Below are positions 9,694 through 17,355 of a stretch of DNA of 64,000 nt, piece by piece. Location of the stretch: positions 248,001-312,000 of IMG/VR virus record IMGVR_UViG_3300042473_001265. One strand, given 5' to 3'. Below the pieces are notes generated by a model that did no database searches, was not told where the DNA came from, and was given only the letters and a program-made list of their open reading frames with translations. Both the position numbers and the translations under genes were made by a program. How positions within the stretch are numbered: the first letter of the stretch is position 1; each line of letters begins with the position of its first letter.

Positions 9694-10481
9694 TGTATGT
9701 TTTCAAAGTATTTTTTGTATTTAACTGGTAGATAGTCGTCTGGTAACAATTTTTTAGTTTTACCGACCAATACCCAAATTTTTGCATCAGGGCCTTTGCT
9801 AGAAAATGATTGTAGAGATCCTAAATTTAAAAAATCTTGATTTTGATAAATGCATTCGTTTTCTAAAATTTCAGTTAAGCACACCTGATCAAGTCCTGTA
9901 AAATTAGCTTTTTCTATTTTGTTTTCTATTTTTTCAACTTTTAAAAAATCTATATTTTTTATTTTTTCTTCGTATAGATCAATGACTTTTGGAAGAAAAT
10001 TTTTATATGATGATGTTAAAAATAAAAAATAAGCAGCAGTTCTTTCCCAAGCGGTGTTTTTTTGTTTTTTATAAGTTATTCCTATATTAACTGATTCAGG
10101 AAAGCTAATTAAAGAATTAAAGATAATATCAGCATCGACGATTTTAATGCAAGTTACAGAAGTGTGTTGAAATATATAATTAGAAAGATAAAATCTAGCC
10201 ATGTAATAATAACTTTTTAATAGATAAAAATTTAAATTTGACGTTTCAAAGTACTCAGTAGACCACGATAGCGGAATCTGTAATTTATCTATTATTGCTT
10301 TTAAAGTCAACACTGAATCCAGTGATGGATTAATTAAGTGTACATGCACTGGTTGATTGGTGTCGTTACACGATAAAATATTATATATTCCGTATTTTTT
10401 AAAATAATTATCGTCGCAAGAAAAAACAACTAAATTGTCACTCTTTGGAATTGAATCAAAAAGAACATTTTTAAAAAACAA
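9690..10481 (-). CDS. Very AT-rich hypothetical protein, possible glycosyltransferase
   Basis: 'IVDADII' DxD and 'GLDQVCL'; start uncertain (TTG at 10481 or 10496). Confidence 0.55.
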   Translation of the reverse strand: MFFKNVLFDSIPKSDNLVVFSCDDNYFKKYGIYNILSCNDTNQPVHVHLINPSLDSVLTLKAIIDKLQIPLSWSTEYFETSNLNFYLLKSYYYMARFYLSNYIFQHTSVTCIKIVDADIIFNSLISFPESVNIGITYKKQKNTAWERTAAYFLFLTSSYKNFLPKVIDLYEEKIKNIDFLKVEKIENKIEKANFTGLDQVCLTEILENECIYQNQDFLNLGSLQSFSSKGPDAKIWVLVGKTKKLLPDDYLPVKYKKYFENIQ

Positions 10482-10482
10482 A

Positions 10483-11247
10483 TTATTTTCTCTCAATATC
10501 TTCTTCGACACAGTCACTGCCGTACTGGATCTCAATCAGTTTCAGCGGTTTATCAGTTTCGTTACACAGCTGATGCCATTCACGACATTCAATAAAAGTG
10601 TGTTCATGCACATCAAGCTGGCACTTGACGTCACGGTCTGTGCTGGAGTCTTCCAGTGTGTACACTGTGGCTGTGCCTTCGGCCACAAACCAAAACTCCT
10701 GTCGTAGATCATGGCGTTGCATGCTTAAACAGGTCTGAGGCATCACAGTGAGCTCTTTGAGCTTGGTGTTGGCACCCACTTCGTGCAGCACACGATAGTA
10801 TCCCCAGGCTCGTTCGGTCCGGGGTGCTTTCCATTCTTGCAATATCCAACTGCTAGAATTCTTTTTATCTTCACCGCCTATGCCAAACACAAATGATAAA
10901 TTAGCATCTATCACATCCATTTCTGGAATGTTATCTCGGGTTCTGTCCCCGCCATTGGCAAATATCAGTTCGGCATCGGGGTAATGTGCTCTTGCTTGTT
11001 GAATAAAATGTTTTGCTGATCCGTCATTGTCGTCAAAGGTATAAACTTCGTCAACCATTGATAAATTATTAACAATGCAGAGTCGTTCGTTCCAGGGCAT
11101 AAAGGCTGCACCTTTTTTACGAACCAGCCACTCATCGCTATTGAGGCCAACAATCAACATGTCGCCTAGAGTTTTTGCAGCTTTAAAGTAGGCAATATGT
11201 CCCGAATGCACAGGATCAAATCCACCGGTTACTAATACTATTTTCAT
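10483..11247 (-). CDS. Cytidylyltransferase-like (HIGH) domain fused to a cupin (mannose-6-phosphate isomerase-like) domain
   Basis: 'VTGGFDPVHSGH', 'LIVGLNSDEWL', 'FANGGDR'; C-terminal 'ERAWGYY..L', 'SMQRH..R.EFW', 'EIQYG..C.EEDIER'; start at Met33 of the ORF track. Confidence 0.85.
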   Translation of the reverse strand: MKIVLVTGGFDPVHSGHIAYFKAAKTLGDMLIVGLNSDEWLVRKKGAAFMPWNERLCIVNNLSMVDEVYTFDDNDGSAKHFIQQARAHYPDAELIFANGGDRTRDNIPEMDVIDANLSFVFGIGGEDKKNSSSWILQEWKAPRTERAWGYYRVLHEVGANTKLKELTVMPQTCLSMQRHDLRQEFWFVAEGTATVYTLEDSSTDRDVKCQLDVHEHTFIECREWHQLCNETDKPLKLIEIQYGSDCVEEDIERK

Positions 11248-11252
11248 AAAGA

Positions 11253-11280
11253 TATTTATCGTTATATACGCACATAAATA
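11253..11280. promoter_or_regulatory. Divergent pair of TAAATA late-promoter-like motifs
   Basis: Minus-strand TAAATA 11258-11253 lies 5 nt before ATG 11247; plus-strand TAAATA 11275-11280 lies 4 nt before ATG 11285; no SD on either side. Confidence 0.6.
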
Positions 11281-11284
11281 TAGA

Positions 11285-12016
11285 ATGACCTCACTGATCG
11301 CCAACACACAGCCACTGGACTGTGCTTGTGTTATACACAGCAACGGATACGACTGGACCTATGTGGATCGACTGTACAGCATGTTATGCAGACATTTGAC
11401 CCGCCCAGTCCGACTACATGTTTATACCGAAGCAACAAGACCAGTTCCGGATCACATGGTCAAGCACTGTTTAGAAGATTGGGGATTTGCTGGGCCCAAA
11501 AAAAGTTGGTGGTATAAACTACAGTTGTTCAACACCCAGCATCATTCAGGCCCCATGTTGTATTTTGATTTAGATGTGGTCATTGCCAACAACATAGACT
11601 GGATCTGGCAATTGAATTTGCGACATTTTTGGTCAATACGGGACTTCAAATATCTGTGGAAGCACAACTGGACCGGATCAAATACCAGTGTGATGTGGTG
11701 GGACACTGCACAATACCAGCATGTGTGGAACACAGTGGTAGATCAGGACATAGACTTCTTTGTTCGTAAATACCGCGGAGATCAGGATTTTGTGTCAGAT
11801 GTAATACCCACGGCACATCGTCGATTTTTTCATTCTGAATGGGTAAAAAGCTGGAAATGGGAATGTGTCGACGGTGGATTTGACTTTGCTCGTAAAAAGC
11901 ACCGCACACCTGGTACAGGAACAACCTTAACCACTGATACCAGTATATTGGTATTTCATGGCCAACCTAAACCGCATGAAATAACAGATGCCACAGTGAT
12001 ATCACACTGGCAGTGA
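11285..12016 (+). CDS. GT-A (GT8-like) glycosyltransferase
   Basis: 'WWYKLQLF', 'LYFDLDVVI', 'NTSVMWW', 'GDQDFVS', 'VFHGQPKP'. Confidence 0.8.
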   Translation: MTSLIANTQPLDCACVIHSNGYDWTYVDRLYSMLCRHLTRPVRLHVYTEATRPVPDHMVKHCLEDWGFAGPKKSWWYKLQLFNTQHHSGPMLYFDLDVVIANNIDWIWQLNLRHFWSIRDFKYLWKHNWTGSNTSVMWWDTAQYQHVWNTVVDQDIDFFVRKYRGDQDFVSDVIPTAHRRFFHSEWVKSWKWECVDGGFDFARKKHRTPGTGTTLTTDTSILVFHGQPKPHEITDATVISHWQ

Positions 12017-12022
12017 TAAATA
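12017..12022 (+). promoter_or_regulatory. TAAATA late-promoter-like motif
   Basis: TAAATA, then AGGAG SD, then ATG 12043. Confidence 0.6.
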
Positions 12023-12042
12023 AACATAACAGGAGACCTTAG

Positions 12043-12738
12043 ATGGCCAATAGAACAATACAATTTTGCGGATACGCATACGGTGCAGTGCCGTTACAAT
12101 TAAACGCACACATCAATGGACAAACAGTTTTTAGCGGGGCAGTCGATACATTAACTGAAGATATTCCTGCGTTGCCAATTGATATGACCAATGCACCGGT
12201 ATTGTTTTCAGTGACCGAGTCAGCACTGTTTCCAACCAGTTTCAGCGGTTCGTATCCAATGACAATTTCTGTTGCAACTGGATCCGGCATAATACTTGGC
12301 TTTGTAAAAAGCAACTACATGTCAACAGCAACAAATATGGTAGAATTCAGTGGTTCCATTAGCGACACAACATTGAATGTAAGTAGCGTGACGTCTGGAG
12401 AAATTGTACCCGGCCAGATCATACATAACACTATTATAACCAAAGGAACAACAATTGTATCGGGCAGCGGGTCAACTTGGCAAGTCTCTGAGAGTCAGTT
12501 AGCAGGTGAAGCAACTATAAATGGTGAAATTCTTTTCCCAGGCACCGTGGACACATTTAAAATGTGTTACACTGGAGTTCCTACAAATTCAGACGGCACA
12601 CAAGATTCCCGCAGTAGTGTACAAATTAACGGCGTACCTCAGAGTCGAGAAATACCGCCATCCGGTCAGTGGACATGGTCAGTCGAGGCCGGCAGCACAA
12701 TTGAATACAATTTCAACATTAGTGCGGGCAGTGAGTAA
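12043..12738 (+). CDS. Probable virion structural protein (Ser/Thr/Gly-rich, beta-rich)
   Basis: Late motif, strong SD and its own terminator; composition typical of tail/baseplate accessory proteins. Confidence 0.55.
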   Translation: MANRTIQFCGYAYGAVPLQLNAHINGQTVFSGAVDTLTEDIPALPIDMTNAPVLFSVTESALFPTSFSGSYPMTISVATGSGIILGFVKSNYMSTATNMVEFSGSISDTTLNVSSVTSGEIVPGQIIHNTIITKGTTIVSGSGSTWQVSESQLAGEATINGEILFPGTVDTFKMCYTGVPTNSDGTQDSRSSVQINGVPQSREIPPSGQWTWSVEAGSTIEYNFNISAGSE

Positions 12739-12758
12739 CCCTTGCACTGTACAACATC

Positions 12759-12786
12759 AAAAACCCTGCTTTTAGCAGGGTTTTTT
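12759..12786 (+). terminator. Rho-independent terminator
   Basis: AAAAA-CCCTGCT-TTT-AGCAGGG-TTTTTT. Confidence 0.9.
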
Positions 12787-12790
12787 GTGG

Positions 12791-12819
12791 TTGACCATTA
12801 ATTGCCCAAATGCTATAAT
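12791..12819 (+). promoter_or_regulatory. Sigma70-like early promoter (repeat copy 1)
   Basis: TTGACC-17 bp-TATAAT with TG extended -10. Confidence 0.85.
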
Positions 12820-12849
12820 ACACACATAGCAAAGCAAAAAGGAATCACA

Positions 12850-12987
12850 ATGCAGTACACATTGATTGCAGGTAATGGTAAAGTATACATTTTTTTTCTA
12901 AAATCTGTAGCTGACTTGTACCAGCAATGCTATGGTGGTGTTGTAATTACGCCACAAGTGCTTGCAGAACAAACAGTTGACCATTAA
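12850..12987 (+). CDS. Small early hypothetical protein (45 aa)
   Basis: AAGGA SD before ATG 12850; sits between two promoter repeats. Confidence 0.7.
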   Translation: MQYTLIAGNGKVYIFFLKSVADLYQQCYGGVVITPQVLAEQTVDH

Positions 12988-13005
12988 TTGCTATTCTGCT
13001 ATAAT
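12977..13005 (+). promoter_or_regulatory. Sigma70-like early promoter (repeat copy 2)
   Basis: TTGACC-17 bp-TATAAT; spacer begins ATTAATTG as in copy 1. Confidence 0.85.
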
Positions 13006-13040
13006 TAATACTTAAACAACGCACACCAAAGGAGCCAACC

Positions 13041-14063
13041 ATGAGTGCAATTCGTATCGTTCGCGGAGAGTATCGTAAGCGTCCCGTAGCTGACCAAGTG
13101 TTTAGTCTTGTGTCGGGCTTTCAGACCGGCGCCAAAGGCAACTTTGTGACTGTTAAAAATGACGGCAATTTTCCCAATTGCCCAGATACGATCCGTATCC
13201 GTGTTGACAACATTTCTGATATTGAGTATACTAACGGCATGACAGACACAACCACCAACGCTGCCAAGGCAGTGGCTGCACCAGCAGAAACAGAAGAACA
13301 GGCCATGGATCGTATCCGTGAGCGTTTTGACATCCTGCACGAAATGACCAAAGCCACAGTGACAGGCGACATCCGCGCCATGATTGTATCGGGTCCTCCG
13401 GGTGTGGGCAAGAGCTTTGGTGTGGAGCAAGAGATTGAAAAAGCCACCATGTTTGACAAACTGGCAGGCAAGCGACTGCGAGCAGAAGTTGTGAAAGGTG
13501 CTGCTACACCCATTGGCCTGTACCAGACTCTGTACAAGTATTCAGACGCCAATTGCGTGGTTGTGTTTGACGACTGCGACAGTATCCTGTTGGATGACGT
13601 GAGCTTGAACCTGCTGAAGGGTGCATTAGACTCAGGCAAGAAGCGCAAGATTAGCTGGTTGTCAGAAAGCAGCAGCCTGCGCCGCGAAGGCATCCCAGAC
13701 AGTTTTGAATTCAAAGGCAGTGCCATCTTTATCACCAACTTGAAGTTTGACAAGATGAAATCGCAGAAACTGCGGGATCACTTGGATGCACTGCAAAGTC
13801 GTTGCCACTACCTGGATCTGACTTTGGACACCATGCGTGACAAGATTCTGCGTATCAAACAAATTGCCAAAGATGGCGTGTTGTTTGCAGACTACGATTT
13901 TGAACCCGAAGTTCAAGACGAGATCATTGCGTTCATGGACGCCAATCAGAATCGTCTGCGTGAAATGAGTCTGCGCATGGCAATCAAAATTGCAGACCTG
14001 CGCAAGATGAGCATGCTGAACTGGAAGCGTCTGGCAGAAACAACTTGCATGAAGGCGGCATAA
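13041..14063 (+). CDS. AAA+ family ATPase with small N-terminal domain
   Basis: Walker A 'GPPGVGKS', Walker B 'VVVFDDCD', sensor 'IFITN', Arg finger 'ALQSRC'. Confidence 0.85.
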   Translation: MSAIRIVRGEYRKRPVADQVFSLVSGFQTGAKGNFVTVKNDGNFPNCPDTIRIRVDNISDIEYTNGMTDTTTNAAKAVAAPAETEEQAMDRIRERFDILHEMTKATVTGDIRAMIVSGPPGVGKSFGVEQEIEKATMFDKLAGKRLRAEVVKGAATPIGLYQTLYKYSDANCVVVFDDCDSILLDDVSLNLLKGALDSGKKRKISWLSESSSLRREGIPDSFEFKGSAIFITNLKFDKMKSQKLRDHLDALQSRCHYLDLTLDTMRDKILRIKQIAKDGVLFADYDFEPEVQDEIIAFMDANQNRLREMSLRMAIKIADLRKMSMLNWKRLAETTCMKAA

Positions 14064-14064
14064 A

Positions 14065-14289
14065 ATGAACGAACGAATCAAAGCATTATACGATCAAAGT
14101 CTCATCCGTGAGCACGGCACGGATCACGAAGGTAATCCCATGCTAAAAATAACAATAGATCAACAAAAATTCGCTGACTTAATTGTCAAGGAATGTGCTG
14201 AATTTGTTAGCAACGATAGACGAAATGATGATTATGGTGTGTTTGTTGCTAACAGGATTAAAGAACATTTTGGAGTTGAGCATGTTTGA
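14065..14289 (+). CDS. Hypothetical protein
   Basis: GAAGG SD, tight packing; 'KFADLIVKECA...IKEHFGVE' is typical of small phage proteins. Confidence 0.7.
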   Translation: MNERIKALYDQSLIREHGTDHEGNPMLKITIDQQKFADLIVKECAEFVSNDRRNDDYGVFVANRIKEHFGVEHV

Positions 14290-14398
14290 AATCTGGGATG
14301 GTGACTTGTACTTGTACTCAGTGGACACTGAATACGAAGCAGATGAACAGCGTGAAGCAGGCTTCACAGTTAAATGTTTAGAATACTACGGAGCATAA
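14282..14398 (+). CDS. Small hypothetical protein (38 aa)
   Basis: GGAG SD before ATG 14282; overlaps the upstream stop. Confidence 0.6.
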   Translation: MFEIWDGDLYLYSVDTEYEADEQREAGFTVKCLEYYGA

Positions 14399-14399
14399 C

Positions 14400-14615
14400 A
14401 TGGAAAAGATTTTGGTTGTTGTTGGTGCAGTTTTTGGTGGCATTGTAGGCATCCTGCTGTTGAGTTTCTTGCTGAGTTGGCCTGTGTACATGTTGTGGAA
14501 CGGTTGCTTGGTAGGTGCTGTAACAGGTGTCAACGAAGTGTCCTGGTTGCAGGCCTGGGGCCTGACTGTGCTGTGCGGATTCTTGTTTAGGACCACAGTC
14601 AACAGAAAAAAATAA
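14400..14615 (+). CDS. Small membrane protein
   Basis: Two hydrophobic segments; GGAG SD. Confidence 0.75.
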   Translation: MEKILVVVGAVFGGIVGILLLSFLLSWPVYMLWNGCLVGAVTGVNEVSWLQAWGLTVLCGFLFRTTVNRKK

Positions 14616-14664
14616 CTCATCAGGGTTATTCCCGGGGTTGGTTGGCTCCGCCCCGGACTTTTGG

Positions 14665-14696
14665 CAGGTACCCTTAAAAAAGGTACCTGTTTTTTT
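14665..14696 (+). terminator. Rho-independent terminator
   Basis: CAGGTACC-(9 nt)-GGTACCTG followed by a T run. Confidence 0.8.
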
Positions 14697-14723
14697 GACT
14701 TCTTACTGCAATAAGTATATACT
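14695..14723 (+). promoter_or_regulatory. Sigma70-like promoter, leaderless arrangement
   Basis: TTGACT-17 bp-TATACT, 6 nt, ATG 14730. Confidence 0.7.
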
Positions 14724-14729
14724 ACTGAC

Positions 14730-15530
14730 ATGAAATTGATTTTTTCAAACAATTGCGTTATAGATCTGTCTATAGATGATAGCCCATTGGCCACGACCTA
14801 TCAAAAAATATACAAACATTTGAGTAAGATATCAATACCGTTTAGGCCCTGGGACAATCCTTACTATACAAAAAATTTAACCTATACAGATTTGGTCGAG
14901 CAGTTGATAAAGTATGCACATGGAGTATCGGTTCCTATTGATCGCTCAAAATGTTTGGCTCAGGATCAGATGTATTTTAACAGTATACATAAAATCTATG
15001 AAAAAAATTACAATGGTAATTCTGATTGGTTAGATTTTCACGAACATATTCACATGTGTGAAATGTATTTCAAAAAAACCAATGGTGTATTTTGTATAGA
15101 CTATCGCGAAAAATCTGGGTTACTAGAAAAACCAATTGATCAAAAATGGTTAATCAATACTCAAACAACAATTCAAGCCGGTGATATATATGTGCAGTGG
15201 TCAGAGTTGGGCAAGACACCGTACGCATATTGGATAAACAACGAGCCCAATGACATAAAAAGAATGTGTGAATTGGCCAAGCCCTGGCTGAAACTTAGAC
15301 CAAAGATATATGTGGCACTTGAGGACATGGACCGATTAAAAAACAAACAATGCGATGAATTCTCTTCTTGGTGGAAACATTATCAACATGAGTGGACACA
15401 GCATTGGAATATACCCAGCTGGAACATCGAGAACATATTCGGCGTCAGTGTGTTTGGAAAAACAACTCAACTTGATTTGTTAAAAGAACAATTAAAAAAT
15501 AATGCTGTGCCTGTCAGGGTTACTTTATAA
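14730..15530 (+). CDS. Hypothetical protein (AT-rich cassette)
   Basis: 266 aa ORF coupled by TAATG to the next gene; His-rich 'FHEHIH' may bind metal. Confidence 0.7.
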   Translation: MKLIFSNNCVIDLSIDDSPLATTYQKIYKHLSKISIPFRPWDNPYYTKNLTYTDLVEQLIKYAHGVSVPIDRSKCLAQDQMYFNSIHKIYEKNYNGNSDWLDFHEHIHMCEMYFKKTNGVFCIDYREKSGLLEKPIDQKWLINTQTTIQAGDIYVQWSELGKTPYAYWINNEPNDIKRMCELAKPWLKLRPKIYVALEDMDRLKNKQCDEFSSWWKHYQHEWTQHWNIPSWNIENIFGVSVFGKTTQLDLLKEQLKNNAVPVRVTL

Positions 15531-16699
15531 TGGCTTGGCCAGTGATCATTCTAGACGGACCACTTAGAAATCAAACTTTGAGTGGCATACAATTTGGTAA
15601 ACACGGGGAATCCACCCGGCAAGAAGTTTTTATTTGTAACAATTGGGCAGATGGTGTATTGTGGGCCAAGCAGCACGGGCACAAGTCTGCGCTGTTCGTC
15701 AAAAGCGGAACCATGTTCATAGATTGGCAGCAGTGGAAAAAATTAGTTGATACATATCCACATTATGGACTGATTGCACATGTGATTTGGCATCCAGGAC
15801 AGCCGGTATGTTTAGATGATCAATGTTGGTTTATGGATCTGGGTAAATTTGATGCAGAGGATTTTTCAATTAGCACAGTGTCTCATTCAGTGCCTGTGCG
15901 CAGCGATCAAAATTTGCATGACAATTATACACCTTTATGGATTAAACCTGGCGTGGCTGTGGCAGAATACACTGTTACAGCATTTGGACAAGGGCTCATA
16001 GCAAAACAATTACAAAGTAACCGAGCTGTTGTGAACTGGAACAATGCTGCTAGAGATTTAAAATTCTTTTTGTATGACGGCACCATTGATCTGACCCAGT
16101 TCCAGGATTATAAAAACATAGCCGAAAATCAGTTATGGATTTTTAACAACGAACCTATCACCGAAATCAAACAAAAACAATTGGTATCACCTGGATCCGG
16201 CCTATACTGGATCTTAAATATTATCAATGCTGCCACGCAACATATCCAAATAGTTGACATAAGCCGTGTACAAATTGATTTTTGTCAGAAACTTTGGACC
16301 ACTTGGGACGGAACAGACTATGGAAATTTTGTTTGGAACTTTATAACACAAAATAACTTAAAGCACTACGAAGTAGATAATCCAAATCTCACTCCATTGG
16401 AAAGATTGCAGTTAAAAAAGCAATCAATGTTTGTTGAATATGTCAACAGCAGATTTACAAAACAAGTGAAAGAGAATTTTAGCAGTCACTGGCAACATGC
16501 GCAAAAAACAAAAGTTGTTGAGTTTTGCAATGATAATCTAATTGACTGGGTGCTAGAAAACAATATAAGTGACTATGACAATATATGGTGTTCAAATATA
16601 TTAAACTACAAATGGACACTGTTACATACCACAGTTGAGAAATACAATAATTTTCAATTAAAAATCAATGAAATACGAAATAAGCCAGTTGATGTTTAA
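15530..16699 (+). CDS. Hypothetical protein, possible C-terminal SAM-binding fold
   Basis: 'LVSPGSGLYW...IVDIS' resembles MTase motif I and the beta2 acidic residue. Confidence 0.55.
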   Translation: MAWPVIILDGPLRNQTLSGIQFGKHGESTRQEVFICNNWADGVLWAKQHGHKSALFVKSGTMFIDWQQWKKLVDTYPHYGLIAHVIWHPGQPVCLDDQCWFMDLGKFDAEDFSISTVSHSVPVRSDQNLHDNYTPLWIKPGVAVAEYTVTAFGQGLIAKQLQSNRAVVNWNNAARDLKFFLYDGTIDLTQFQDYKNIAENQLWIFNNEPITEIKQKQLVSPGSGLYWILNIINAATQHIQIVDISRVQIDFCQKLWTTWDGTDYGNFVWNFITQNNLKHYEVDNPNLTPLERLQLKKQSMFVEYVNSRFTKQVKENFSSHWQHAQKTKVVEFCNDNLIDWVLENNISDYDNIWCSNILNYKWTLLHTTVEKYNNFQLKINEIRNKPVDV

Positions 16700-17354
16700 A
16701 AAATATGCCAACTGCAATTTGCAGTTGCCGGAGTACAATCCCTCTGCTGATTTTGAGTGGATAATGAACGCTTCTGGGTTGCCATGGTTGCAGTTAGACA
16801 TTGCAGTGCCGTATCAGGATATTCTGCACGAAATCAAAAATATTGAATTGTTGTTGGTAGACCATCGGGACAATTATGGAGAACATCGCGGCTGGAAAAG
16901 TTTTTGCATACACGGAAAGAGTTACGATGCTACTCGTGAAGAAAGTTATTACAATGACAATCGACCGTATGTATGGACAAGTGAAGCACAACAATGTATG
17001 CCATTGACTGTGGATTATTTTGCCACTAAGTGGCCCGGAGGTCAATTTAAAAGAATTCGAGTTATGTTGCTTGAACCCGGCGGATATATAAGCATTCATC
17101 AAGATTACGCAATATCCAAATTGACAGCAATCAACATTGCAATTACACAGCCCACCGAGTGCCAGTTTGTAATGGCCAAACACGGAACAGTGCCTTTTTT
17201 TCCCGGGCAAGCGTTATGGTTAGATATTTCAAATCAGCATGCAGTGATAAACAACAGTGACCAGCCGCGCTGGCACATAATTGTACACCAATCCTTTGAT
17301 AACAGTTTTCAAGACATGGTTGTGAATTCCTATAAAAAATTGTATAATAACTAA
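16668..17354 (+). CDS. Aspartyl/asparaginyl beta-hydroxylase-like 2OG-Fe(II) oxygenase
   Basis: 'RIRVMLLEPGGYISIHQD' (HxD), 'HAVIN', 'PRWHII'. Confidence 0.85.
   Translation: MKYEISQLMFKKYANCNLQLPEYNPSADFEWIMNASGLPWLQLDIAVPYQDILHEIKNIELLLVDHRDNYGEHRGWKSFCIHGKSYDATREESYYNDNRPYVWTSEAQQCMPLTVDYFATKWPGGQFKRIRVMLLEPGGYISIHQDYAISKLTAINIAITQPTECQFVMAKHGTVPFFPGQALWLDISNQHAVINNSDQPRWHIIVHQSFDNSFQDMVVNSYKKLYNN
17320..17348 (+). promoter_or_regulatory. Sigma70-like promoter, leaderless arrangement
   Basis: TTGTGA-17 bp-TATAAT, 7 nt, ATG 17356. Confidence 0.6.
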
Positions 17355-17355
17355 C

